NCBI GenBank assembly: GCA_049322915.1
Contig: JBMOPW010000035.1
Span: forward strand, 64,001 to 128,000
Origin: Candidatus Zhuqueibacterota bacterium
Lineage (GTDB): Bacteria; Zhuqueibacterota; Zhuqueibacteria; Thermofontimicrobiales; Thermofontimicrobiaceae
DNA: 64,000 nt
Direction of reading: 5' to 3'
Shown here: positions 19,023 through 29,284 of the stretch, piece after piece
Layout of the letters: every line of letters begins with the position of its first letter
How positions within the stretch are numbered: the stretch's first letter is position 1
Notes under the pieces: model-generated
What the model saw: only the letters and a program-made list of their open reading frames with translations
What the model was told of the DNA's origin: nothing
The model's database searches: none
Program-made: the position numbers and the translations under genes

Positions 19023-19940
19023 TTGGAACTAACAAGAAGAAACTTTCTGAAATTCACTGCAGCCACCGGCACAGTGGGCATTGCCGGTGCTGCGAAGAAA
19101 GCGTCTGCTTATTCAGAAAAGCCTCTTGCAGCAGAATGGATGGGAGTGCTGGTCGATACGACAGTCTGTATTGGTTGTCGCAAATGTGAATGGGCCTGCA
19201 ACACTGCCAACAAGCTTTCTGAAAAATCCATTACTGAGTTCGAGGATAAGTCCGTGTTTGAGCAAATGAGAAGGCCGGACGATACCGCCTACACCGTCGT
19301 CAACGAGTATGAAAACACGAAAAACCTGCAACTCCCCTATCATGTCAAAGTCCAATGCATGCATTGCAATAGCGCGGCATGCGTCTCGGCATGCATCGTC
19401 GGAGCGCTGACAAAACACCAGCAAACAGGAACCGTTCATTACGATCCCTGGAAATGCATCGGGTGTCGCTACTGCATGGCGGCATGCCCATTTCAAATCC
19501 CTGCATACGAGTATCACAACGCATTGACGCCTCAGATTCGCAAGTGTACATTCTGCTTCGATCGGATTACACAGGCAGGTGGTATCCCTGCCTGCGTTGA
19601 GATATGCCCGGTCGAAGCGCTCACCTTTGGAAAGAGGAACAGCCTGATTCAGGTGGCGCGCGAAAAAATTGCCAGACAGCCCGAACGATACGTCGATCAT
19701 ATCTATGGCGAGCACGAATTGGGCGGAACCTCGTGGATGTACCTTTCTGGCCGACCCATGGAGGAAATGGATATGGAACGTTTCGGCAATCGCCCGATTC
19801 CCCAATATACCGAACCAATCCAGCATGCGATTTTTAAAAATTTTATACCGCCGCTTTCCTTGTTCGCGTTCCTGGGCATCATCATGAAATTGTTCAAAGA
19901 CAGGGACAATGGCCATTCAAAGGAAGGAGGTTCAAAATGA
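19023..19940 (+). CDS. Tat-exported 4Fe-4S protein (HybA/HmcB/NrfC-like)
   Basis: TTG start after GGAGG, RRNFLK Tat motif, CIGCRKCEWAC, CMHC..AACVSAC, CIGCRYCMAACP, KCTFC...ACVEICP, C-terminal TM. Confidence 0.9.
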   Translation: MELTRRNFLKFTAATGTVGIAGAAKKASAYSEKPLAAEWMGVLVDTTVCIGCRKCEWACNTANKLSEKSITEFEDKSVFEQMRRPDDTAYTVVNEYENTKNLQLPYHVKVQCMHCNSAACVSACIVGALTKHQQTGTVHYDPWKCIGCRYCMAACPFQIPAYEYHNALTPQIRKCTFCFDRITQAGGIPACVEICPVEALTFGKRNSLIQVAREKIARQPERYVDHIYGEHELGGTSWMYLSGRPMEEMDMERFGNRPIPQYTEPIQHAIFKNFIPPLSLFAFLGIIMKLFKDRDNGHSKEGGSK

Positions 19941-21127
19941 GTTCTCACCATGTCGCTGCTAAACCTGTGAACAAGAAATTTTTCACAACCGGCGTAAAAA
20001 TACTGTTCGCACTGTTTGGAACCGGAATGGCCTTTGGCCTGTATCGTTTCATCTTTGGCCTGGGTTCGGTCACCCATTTGAACAACCAATTTCCACTGGG
20101 TTTATGGATTGGCGTTGACGTTGCCAGCGGCGTTGCGCTGGCTGCAGGCGGATTCACGACAGCCGCATTGATTCATATTTTCTACCGCGACAAATACGCT
20201 GTATTCGGAAGGCCGGCGCACCTCACCGCGATGCTGGGATACACTTTTGTAGCCCTCGGCCTGTTATTCGACCTGGGCCGATGGTATAACGTCTGGCATC
20301 CAATGCTGCCGATGATGTGGCAGGGGAATTCCGTGCTCTTCGAAGTCGGCATCTGCGTGATGATGTACCTGACGGTTCTTTACATTGAATTCGTACCCAT
20401 TGTTGCTGAGCGCTTCATCGGAAAATCGCCCAAATGGATCGATTCGATCCTGAGAGTCCTCAACAGGATACTGGATAAAATCATGTGGATTTTCATCATC
20501 CTTGGGGTATTATTATCCTGTCTGCACCAATCTTCACTGGGGAACCTCATGGTCATTGCTCCCTATAAAATGCATCCGTTATGGTACACTCCAATTTTGC
20601 CGCTATTATTCCTTGTCTCGGCGATCGCTGTCGGCCTGCCCATGGTTATCTTTGAATGTACCATTGCCTCGAAATCGTTCGGCTGCAAACTGGAAATGGA
20701 CGCTTTAACGCCGCTATCCCGCATCGTCGCTGTGCTGCTGAGCCTGTACCTCTTCCTCAAGGTCGGTGACCTTACCATTCGCAACGCCTGGGGATACATT
20801 TTCGATGGCACCTATCAGACCAACTTCTTCTTGCTGGAGTTAGTCGCTGGCATTCTGGTTCCGCTGATCATGTTTCTGATGAAGAAGGTGCGGCAATCCC
20901 CGCCTCTGTTATTCACGGCAGCAGCCTTATACATCGTATTCGGCGTATTACTGAATCGAGTCAATGTATTTTTCATTGCCTATCGACCTAAATATATGAC
21001 GGAGCCGTATGTGCCGGCCATCGGAGAAGTGGCAGTCACAGTCGGCCTTATTTCCGCGCTGATGATATGCTATCGGATCATTGTCACAATTTTTCCAATT
21101 CTTCCGGCGCAGGCGAAAGACTCGTAG
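19937..21127 (+). CDS. NrfD/HybB/HmcC-family membrane subunit
   Basis: GVALAAGG, DLGR, LFEV..C, LHQSSLG motifs; multiple TM helices. Confidence 0.9.
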   Translation: MSSHHVAAKPVNKKFFTTGVKILFALFGTGMAFGLYRFIFGLGSVTHLNNQFPLGLWIGVDVASGVALAAGGFTTAALIHIFYRDKYAVFGRPAHLTAMLGYTFVALGLLFDLGRWYNVWHPMLPMMWQGNSVLFEVGICVMMYLTVLYIEFVPIVAERFIGKSPKWIDSILRVLNRILDKIMWIFIILGVLLSCLHQSSLGNLMVIAPYKMHPLWYTPILPLLFLVSAIAVGLPMVIFECTIASKSFGCKLEMDALTPLSRIVAVLLSLYLFLKVGDLTIRNAWGYIFDGTYQTNFFLLELVAGILVPLIMFLMKKVRQSPPLLFTAAALYIVFGVLLNRVNVFFIAYRPKYMTEPYVPAIGEVAVTVGLISALMICYRIIVTIFPILPAQAKDS

Positions 21128-21161
21128 AATTTCAAAAAACTTATTTCAGGAGAAATGAACA

Positions 21162-22292
21162 ATGCTTAAAAAGATATTTTTAATCATGTGTCTGATGGTT
21201 TCCGGATTATTCACCGTGCTTTTCGCTCAGCAGCGGACCATTCACACGACGGAAGGTGTGGATTGCTCGATCTGCCACTCGTGTAATAATCCAACAAAAA
21301 GCAAACCGTGCTTGAAAGCCTGTCCCCGACCGTTTCATAACAATGAAAAGGGCGAGAAACTTTCGTCCGAACAGGGACCCGATTTTGTCGTGCTGAACGA
21401 ACTGGAAGAATTGTACGAACCGGTTGTATTCTCACACACGATGCATTCAAAAATGACCAACATGTCCGGCGGATGCACCCTGTGTCATCATTTCACACCG
21501 ACCAACCAATCGCATCCCCCGTGTAAGGAGTGTCACAGCACTGAAGTCATTCACGAAAATCTGAATCAGCCTTGCCTGAAAGCTGCCTACCATCGGCAAT
21601 GTATTTCGTGTCACCAGGACTGGAGCGGCGACGCCAATTGTGAAAAATGTCATATGATGAAAGAGAAGATGAAAGCCGCAGGCGACAGCTATATTCAGCC
21701 AACGTATAAAAAATGTAAAGAACCTGATTTGAAAATCTACAAGACTGGCAATACAGAAGCTCCTACGGTTACGTTCTTTCACAGCAATCACGCCGGTTTT
21801 TATTGCCTGGAATGCAAAGACTGTCATCGCGATGATCCTTGCATCCGATGCCATTATCAGGGCAATGCAACTGTTTCAACCATTGATAAAGATACAGACG
21901 TCATGCACCACAAATGCTCCGCATGTCACGCCGTGGATAATCCCAGCGAGTGCGCGAAGTGTCACAGCAAAGAAGAAAAACAGGGATTTGATCATGGCCG
22001 CGATGCCGGTTGGGCGCTGAATAAATATCACAACAAACTCGCGTGCAATAGCTGCCATCCTAAAGAAACACGACTTGGCAAGCTGGATAAATCGTGCGGG
22101 AACTGCCACAAGAATTGGAATTCTCAGAATTTCAATCACGCCATTGTTGGCCTGGAATTGGATGAAATTCATCGGGATGCAGATTGCGCCGATTGCCATG
22201 TTAACCGACAATTCGACAAAAAACCAAGCTGCTCCAATTGTCACGATGAAACGCCGGAAGGCAAGCCAGGCGCCGTCACCCGGCAAAATTAG
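21162..22292 (+). CDS. Multiheme cytochrome c3-family protein (13 CXXCH; HmcA-like)
   Basis: Signal peptide; 13 CXXCH counted; PVVFSH..H and LKAAYH.QC c3-type motifs. Confidence 0.9.
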   Translation: MLKKIFLIMCLMVSGLFTVLFAQQRTIHTTEGVDCSICHSCNNPTKSKPCLKACPRPFHNNEKGEKLSSEQGPDFVVLNELEELYEPVVFSHTMHSKMTNMSGGCTLCHHFTPTNQSHPPCKECHSTEVIHENLNQPCLKAAYHRQCISCHQDWSGDANCEKCHMMKEKMKAAGDSYIQPTYKKCKEPDLKIYKTGNTEAPTVTFFHSNHAGFYCLECKDCHRDDPCIRCHYQGNATVSTIDKDTDVMHHKCSACHAVDNPSECAKCHSKEEKQGFDHGRDAGWALNKYHNKLACNSCHPKETRLGKLDKSCGNCHKNWNSQNFNHAIVGLELDEIHRDADCADCHVNRQFDKKPSCSNCHDETPEGKPGAVTRQN

Positions 22293-22321
22293 TAAACACA
22301 AAACGTATGCATTACGACAGT

Positions 22322-22400
22322 AAAGTGGAGTGATGGAAACATAATGATGATTTTGGAAAGTTGGAAATCCAGCCCATTCAACTTTCCACCACTCCACTTT
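22322..22400. repeat. Imperfect palindromic intergenic element
   Basis: AAAGTGGAGTG...GGAAAGTTG / CAACTTTCC...CACTCCACTTT. Confidence 0.55.
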
Positions 22401-22569
22401 TGCGTACTTCATCCTGGCCATCCATGGCCAGAGAGGAAAGATACATCGCTTCTGCCTCGATTGAAACAAGGATGGGTATGAGTTACACTATCCCTTCTGA
22501 GCATATCAGATTTTTGATTTTTGATAATTACCCGCCATAACGTCCATACAAACAACATTAAAAAAGATG

Positions 22570-22598
22570 TTGACATTTTAATATTTATTAATTATATT
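22570..22598 (+). promoter_or_regulatory. Sigma-70-type promoter upstream of the FDH maturation/FDH operon
   Basis: TTGACA-N17-TATATT. Confidence 0.7.
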
Positions 22599-22657
22599 GC
22601 CACCTTATAATTTTTGCCCGAAGCTTTCCTTCATGTATCTAACTAAGAGGTAAATGA

Positions 22658-22807
22658 ATGCTTAGTTACTATTGCCGTTGAGGGTGACGAGAATTATTCA
22701 TCCAAGTTTTGGATGACTCGCCATTATCAATGAGGACAAAGGTGACAAGCATTTTTCACCTTCTCTCCTCTAACATTTACTTCCTCTTCAAAATGGACGT
22801 TTATTAA
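22658..22807 (+). CDS. Candidate 49-aa leader peptide/micro-selenoprotein with two in-frame UGA codons (MLSYYCR-U-G-U-RELFIQ...)
   Basis: RBS AAGAGG 7 nt before ATG; TGA at 22679-81 and 22685-87; hairpin TCATCCA-AGTTT-TGGATGA at 22698-22716; TAA at 22805-07. Confidence 0.4.
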
Positions 22808-23074
22808 TTCTGAAAATCCATTTGATTCATAGTTACTTTGTGCAGCATATGCGTGTCAATATGTTTAGCTGAGAGCACTCATTTGAATTCATGAATCAGA
22901 CCGGCATGTTTTCTTTTATCGGAAATCAGATCACGCGACGTTGAAAGACAGCCAGGTCAATCAAATCTGTTAACAGCCAACCAGTGGCAATTACGGGCAT
23001 TGCGACATGTTCGTATGTGTTCATTACCGGCCACTATCAGGAAATCAGAGGAATTCACACGGAGCATTAGACAT

Positions 23075-23653
23075 TTGACAGGCATTATATTAGCGGGTGG
23101 CAAGAACAGCCGCATTTCCATGACCAAAGCCTTCATTCAACTGGGCGAACAAACAATCATCGAAAGAACCGTTGACATTTGCAAGACGTTGTTCAATGAG
23201 GTAATCATTGTCACCAACCACTTTGATGATTACCTTTATCTGGGAACAAAATTGGTTCAGGACGCAATTCCCAACACGGGTCCATTGGGCGGTCTGTACA
23301 GCGGATTAATGGCATCGACCAATCTGTATAATTTTGTCGTTGCCTGCGATATGCCCTTTATTAATCCTGCAATCATTCGGCACCTTCAGTTATATACACA
23401 AGACGAACATTACGATGTTATTCTCCCTGAATATAATGGATTCACCGAACCATTATTTGCCTTCTACTCGAAAAATTGTATCAATACCATCGAAGTATTT
23501 TTGAACCAGAACAGATTGAAAATCCGAACTTTTTTCACCAATATCAAAGTCAAAGAAGTGAAATGCGATAAGTTCAGCGCTATAGAAAAATCATTTTTTA
23601 ACATTAATACCCGGGAAGATTTACAATTAGCAAGAAACCTCATCTGTGGATAA
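23075..23653 (+). CDS. mobA: Molybdenum cofactor guanylyltransferase
   Basis: GIILAGGKNSR, GPLGGL, VACDMPF, FNINTREDL; start uncertain (TTG 23075 after GGAG; the open frame extends to 23000). Confidence 0.88.
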   Translation: MTGIILAGGKNSRISMTKAFIQLGEQTIIERTVDICKTLFNEVIIVTNHFDDYLYLGTKLVQDAIPNTGPLGGLYSGLMASTNLYNFVVACDMPFINPAIIRHLQLYTQDEHYDVILPEYNGFTEPLFAFYSKNCINTIEVFLNQNRLKIRTFFTNIKVKEVKCDKFSAIEKSFFNINTREDLQLARNLICG

Positions 23654-24428
23654 CTTATTAGAAACTGTCAATATAGTAAAAATTGTCGATGGCACCAGAA
23701 CGGAAGAAGTCGATCTCGTTGTCAGCGAAGCACCGCTCACACTTTTCGTGAACGAGCAGGAATTGGTCACATTGTTGTGTTCGCCTTCGCATCAACAGAA
23801 TATGGCGTTAGGATTTCTTTTCTCCGAAGGTTTTATTACAAAGAAAGTTGAGATTAAAGAAATTATCGAAAATAAAAATCGAGGAATCGTCTGGGTCACA
23901 TTGAGCAGACCCTTTGAAATCGATGATAATTTTCGCAAAGGCCGGACCGTCACGACCGGCTGCGCGCGAGGGTTAACTTTTCATAAAATCTTTGACCGAT
24001 GGAACGGCGACTATATCACGAGTAAATTCACAGTGGCGGCGAAAATAATTAGTGATATATCCGCTGATTTGAAACAAAATTCAACCCTGTATCTTCAGAG
24101 CGGCGGCGCCCATAGCGCAACACTCTACTACCAAGACACGTTGCTTTTTTCCAGAGAAGATATCGGCCGGCACAACGCAGTGGACAAAATCATTGGTGAA
24201 TGTCTAATGAATGACATCAGCGGCGATGATAAAATCTTGATGACAAGTGGAAGGGTTTCTTCCGAGATTTTACTGAAAGCCGCACGCTGGAAATTTCCTA
24301 TTCTCATTTCCAGAACTGCACCCACCTCGGCGGCTGTAAAATTGTCGGATGAATTGGGAATGACCTTAATCGGATTCGCCCGCGGAAAACGGATGAATGT
24401 ATACACGAATCATTGGCGAATTAACTAA
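23646..24428 (+). CDS. fdhD: Formate dehydrogenase accessory sulfurtransferase
   Basis: E.PL...GFLFSEG, TTGC, GGAH, REDIGRHNAVDK, SGRVSSE. Confidence 0.92.
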   Translation: MDNLLETVNIVKIVDGTRTEEVDLVVSEAPLTLFVNEQELVTLLCSPSHQQNMALGFLFSEGFITKKVEIKEIIENKNRGIVWVTLSRPFEIDDNFRKGRTVTTGCARGLTFHKIFDRWNGDYITSKFTVAAKIISDISADLKQNSTLYLQSGGAHSATLYYQDTLLFSREDIGRHNAVDKIIGECLMNDISGDDKILMTSGRVSSEILLKAARWKFPILISRTAPTSAAVKLSDELGMTLIGFARGKRMNVYTNHWRIN

Positions 24429-24437
24429 TCACGTAAA

Positions 24438-25382
24438 ATGAGCGAACTGATGACGATTGCAGCACAGATCAACTATCTCAAAAAACACGGTCAATTTTTC
24501 GATGAATATCTGACGTTCTATCAGGAAATTTTGACGCTTCAAGAAAGTATCCGAATCTCGATAAACACTGAACGGCTCGAAGCCTTCGCGCGAACCTCAG
24601 ATCCGCGGACGCGGCTGCAGCGTGGAGAGCCATTGATAGTGAAAAAAAATCTATACATCGAGCCGCGGATCGCCACCTCCTTTTTCAACGCATTGCTCAC
24701 AATTTTCAAACAGTATCCCCAGCAGTTCCCGGCCGAAACGATTGAAACCTTACATCAGACTGAAATCAATGATAAGCATTTGCCGATCGAATTGGTACAG
24801 CATTATCTTTCTGAAAATACCGAATATTTTATTCAATTATCCGAGCAGCTAAAAATAGAATCGAGCCTGCTGGTCTTTATAGCCAAAACAACCAGTCTCC
24901 CATTCATCGAAGCGTATCTCGATTTATTCAAACCATATCTTGCAGATGTCAATAAAACATGGGAGCAATCGCTCTGTCCATTCTGCGGCAGTATTCCTGC
25001 CATGGCGAGACTGGAAAAGGAATCAGGCCAAAGACACCTCTGGTGTGCCGTGTGCCATACAGAATGGACATTCGTTCGCAACCGGTGTCCCTACTGCGAT
25101 TATGAAAACTTAGAACAAAATCGGTATTTTTTCGAAGAGCATGATAGTCTGTATCGCGTTTATGTTTGCGATCAGTGCAAGCGATACCTGAAAACAATTG
25201 ATGAAAATAAGTACCGTTTTGTCGAAAAAATCAATCTGAGTTTAGAGGATATGATAACACAGTATTTGGATGAAATCGCTGTGGCAGAGGGGTATCAGAG
25301 TCCTCTGCGATGGAGCAATATGGATTTTCAATCGCACCATGATAACCAGGGTGAAAAAGACCAAACCGATCGCCCAATGTAG
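24438..25382 (+). CDS. fdhE: Formate dehydrogenase accessory protein
   Basis: CPFCG..P, CAVCHTEW..R..CPYC, CDQCKRYLK. Confidence 0.9.
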   Translation: MSELMTIAAQINYLKKHGQFFDEYLTFYQEILTLQESIRISINTERLEAFARTSDPRTRLQRGEPLIVKKNLYIEPRIATSFFNALLTIFKQYPQQFPAETIETLHQTEINDKHLPIELVQHYLSENTEYFIQLSEQLKIESSLLVFIAKTTSLPFIEAYLDLFKPYLADVNKTWEQSLCPFCGSIPAMARLEKESGQRHLWCAVCHTEWTFVRNRCPYCDYENLEQNRYFFEEHDSLYRVYVCDQCKRYLKTIDENKYRFVEKINLSLEDMITQYLDEIAVAEGYQSPLRWSNMDFQSHHDNQGEKDQTDRPM

Positions 25383-25460
25383 TTTATAAACCTGACAATG
25401 ACTCATTTTTAATAACTAACTCTGGTACCATAATAATTCTCAGAGGAGGCAAAGGCGTAT

Positions 25461-28400
25461 ATGAATGTATCAAGAAGAGGATTCATGAAGGCTTCATGGG
25501 TCGCTGGTTCCAGCCTCGCAATCAGCAGCCTCGGGTGGAGTAATGTTTTTGCAAAAACACCCAAGGAGTACAAGCTGAAATATGCGACTGAATCGACGAC
25601 GATTTGCCCGTATTGTGCTGTCGGCTGTGGCATCATCGTCGCATCGCATAACGGGAAAGTGATCAACACTGAAGGGAATCCTGACCATCCAATCAACCGC
25701 GGTGCTCTGTGCAGCAAGGGGAGTTCGCTCTATCAATTGGCTAACAATGAGCGACGACTCACCAAAGTGATGTACCGCGCCCCTTATAGTGAAAAGTGGG
25801 AAGAGAAATCATGGGAATGGGCGTTTGATGAAATTGCCAAACGCATTAAAACCGCTCGTGATGCCTCTTTCACGGAGAAAAACGATAAGGGACAGGTTGT
25901 GAATCGAACCACGCAAATAGCTTCTGTTGGCAGCGCGGCATTAGATAATGAGGAATGCTGGCTGTATCAGAAAATGCTGCGGTCTCTGGGCCTGGTGTTT
26001 GTCGAGCACCAGGCGCGTATATGACACTCGGCAACTGTAGCGGCTCTGGCAGAGTCGTTTGGCCGAGGGGCAATGACGAATCACTGGAATGACATTGCCA
26101 ACGCTGATGTTATTCTCATCATGGGAAGCAACGCAGCGGAGAATCACCCCATATCATTCAAATATGTCACCGAAGCAATCGAGCGCGGCGCCACGTTGAT
26201 CAATGTGGATCCGCGGTTTACCCGCACTTCATCGAAAGCTCACATCTATGCCTCGTTGCGTTCCGGGACTGATATTGCTTTTCTGGGTGGAATGATCAAG
26301 TATATTCTTGATAATGAGTTGTGTGACAAAGAATATATGGTCGAGTACACCAACGCCGCCCATTTAATTCATCCTGATTTTAAATTTGAAGATGGCTTAT
26401 TTTCGGGCTATGATGCGGAGAAACGAAAATACGATAAAGCGACGTGGAGCTATCAAGTCGATGGAAAGGGAATTCCCAAACGGGATAAATCATTGCAAAA
26501 TCCCAACTGCGCGTTTCAGTTGCTCAGGAAGCATTATTCCCGATACAACCTCGACCTGGTTTCCAAAATAACCGGAACTCCGGTCGAGAAATTGCTTGAA
26601 GTATACAAAGCCTATTGTGAAACGGGTAAACCGGGCAAAGCCGGAACGATCATGTACGCAATGGGTTGGACGCAACATACCGTTGGCACGCAAAATATCA
26701 GAACCATGTCCATCATTCAACTGTTATTGGGCAATATCGGCGTGGCCGGCGGCGGTGTCAATGCGCTGCGCGGGGAATCGAATGTACAGGGCTCAACCGA
26801 TCATGGATTACTATTCCATATTCTCCCTGGATATTTGAAAACGCCGAAAGCATCGCAGACGACCCTTGCGGATTATAACGACCAATCCTTCGCGAAATCA
26901 AAGGATCCGAACAGTGCGAACTGGTGGAGCAATTATGCAAAGTACTCCGTCAGTTTTCTGAAATCCATGTATGGCGCGAACGCCCAGAAGGATAATGAAT
27001 TCGGATATGCCTGGCTTCCCAAACTCGAGGACACAGGCAATTATTCATGGATCACTCTGTTCAACGAAATGGACAAAGGAAACATCAAGGGATTCCTTGC
27101 CTGGGGTCAAAATCCGGTGTGTAGCGGTCCCAACACTGACGCCACGATCAAGGCCATGTCGAAATTGGACTGGATGGTGAATGTCAATTTATGGGAAACC
27201 GAAACTGGCGCTTTCTGGAAAGCCCCGGAAGTCGATCCGAAGACAGTGAAAACCGAAGTGTTCATGCTGCCGTGCTCCGCTTCTATGGAAAAGGAAGGTA
27301 GCATTTCCAACAGCGGACGCTGGATGCAATGGCGCTACAAGGCTGTGAATCCTCCCGGCGATGCTTTAGCAGACGCTGAAATGATTCATGAAATTTTCAT
27401 TCGTTTACGAAAAATGTATGAAACCGAGGGTGGTGCGTATCCCGATCCAATTCTCAAATTGAAATGGGACTATGCGCCGGAAGGACATGTCGATCCGCAT
27501 CTCCTGGCCAAAGAAATCAATGGCTACGATTTGACCAGTGGTAAATTGATGGCGAAATTTGCTGACCTGAAAGATGATGGAACCACTTCCTCGGGTTGCT
27601 GGATTTATTGCGCCAGCTACACAGAAGCCGGCAACATGGCTGCGCGAACCGACAATAAGGATGCATCCGGAATTGGCCTGTATTCCAAATGGGCCTGGTG
27701 CTGGCCAGTGAATCGGCGCATACTTTATAATCGCGCCTCTGTCGATCTAAACGGTCAGCCACTGGATAAGGAGCATCCGGTCATTCGATGGGATCCCCTG
27801 GCCAATAAAGGTGAAGGCGCCTGGATTGGCGATGTGCCGGATGGACCCTGGCCACCGTTAGCAAATAAAGAAAAAGGAAGATACCCATTCATCATGCGAG
27901 ATGAAGGATTCGCCCGAATTTTCGGCATGGGTTTAGCAGATGGACCATTTCCGGAACACTACGAACCATTGGAGTGTCCGGTCGAGAAAAACCTGATGTC
28001 CGGTGTGTTGCTCAATCCCACTGCTAAAGCCTGGCATAAAGTTGAAGGCGGGATGAATACCTTCGCTGCCGCATGCGATCCTCGCTTCCCGTTCGTTGCC
28101 ACGACCTATCGGGTCTCAGAACACTGGCAGACTGGCGCTATGACTCGCCAGCAGGAATGGCTGGTTGAGATGCAACCCGAAATGTTTGTAGAAATGAGTA
28201 AGGAATTGGCAGGCGAATTAGGCATTATCAATGGCGACAAAGTGATCGTGGAATCGGCGCGCAGTAAAATTCATGCCAAAGCGATTGTCACCGCTCGATT
28301 TAAGCCATTTAAATTCGGAGATGGTGCAATCATCCACGAAGTCGGATTGCCCTGGTGTTATGGATTTATGGGATTGGCAAAGGGCGACAGCGCTAACAAA

Positions 28401-28487
28401 TTAGCGCCTGCAATCGGCGATGCCAATACAATGATCCCTGAATCCAAAGCATTCTTGGTGAATGTCAGGAAGGAGGTGGCATCATGA
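25461..28487 (+). CDS. fdnG: Selenocysteine-containing formate dehydrogenase alpha subunit (1008 aa, Sec188)
   Basis: Tat motif SRRGFMK and CPYCAVGC; TGA 26022-24 lies in EHQARI-U-HSATVAALAESFGRGAMTNHW and joins ORFs 25461-26024 and 26073-28487. Confidence 0.95.
26040..26058 (+). promoter_or_regulatory. SECIS element of fdnG
   Basis: GCGGCUCU-GGC-AGAGUCGU; the loop G lies 23 nt after the UGA. Confidence 0.8.
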
Positions 28488-29284
28488 AGCACGTATCATT
28501 TTTAATTGATATTACCAAATGCATCGGCTGCCGAAGCTGTCAGGTCGCCTGCAAACAATGGAATCAGTTGCCTGGTGAAAGCACCGTCAACAGCGGTACG
28601 CATCAGAATCCACCCGCCCTTTCTGCAAAAACCTGGACGTTGATTACGTTCAATGAATTTGAGAAAGAAGATGGCGTCAACTGGTTTTTCACTAAAATTG
28701 GTTGCATGCACTGCGAACAACCGGGCTGCGCTTCGGTCTGTCCCGTAGGCGCGTTGGAGAAAACGGAGACTGGCGCTGTGATCTATCATGACAATAAATG
28801 CATCGGTTGCCGTTATTGCATGATGGGCTGCCCGTTCCGGATACCGACGTTTGAATGGGACAAGGCATTCCCCTACATCCGCAAATGCACATTTTGTTTC
28901 GACCGGTTATCTGAGGGCGAAATGCCGGCCTGCGCGAAAGCATGTCCCACCGGCGCCATTCTATTTGGCGACCGAGATGAATTGATCCAAACAGGAAAAA
29001 GCCGAATTCAGAGCAAATCGGACAAATACAATCCGCACGTCTATGGTGAAAAAGAAGTCGGTGGCACCTCGGTGCTGTACCTGGCTCCGAAAGAAGTCGA
29101 TTTTGCTTCATTGGGCTTCCCGGTTCTGGGCGAGCGGGCGCTGCCAACCTGGACGCACAATGCGCTGAAATTCGTTCCGAGTCAAATCGTCGTTGTGGGT
29201 GCGTTAATGAGCGCATTCTACTGGCTCACCAAGCGGAAACAAAAGAACAGAGCCGAACAGAAGGAGGTGAACCATGCCGAATAA
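28484..29284 (+). CDS. Formate dehydrogenase iron-sulfur beta subunit (FdnH/HybA-like)
   Basis: Four 4Fe-4S Cys sets and a C-terminal TM; ATGA overlap with fdnG. Confidence 0.9.
   Translation: MKHVSFLIDITKCIGCRSCQVACKQWNQLPGESTVNSGTHQNPPALSAKTWTLITFNEFEKEDGVNWFFTKIGCMHCEQPGCASVCPVGALEKTETGAVIYHDNKCIGCRYCMMGCPFRIPTFEWDKAFPYIRKCTFCFDRLSEGEMPACAKACPTGAILFGDRDELIQTGKSRIQSKSDKYNPHVYGEKEVGGTSVLYLAPKEVDFASLGFPVLGERALPTWTHNALKFVPSQIVVVGALMSAFYWLTKRKQKNRAEQKEVNHAE

Noticed and set aside
26022..26024. fdnG as a pseudogene split by a stop codon
   Set aside because: The TGA sits at the conserved catalytic Sec position and is followed by a SECIS.
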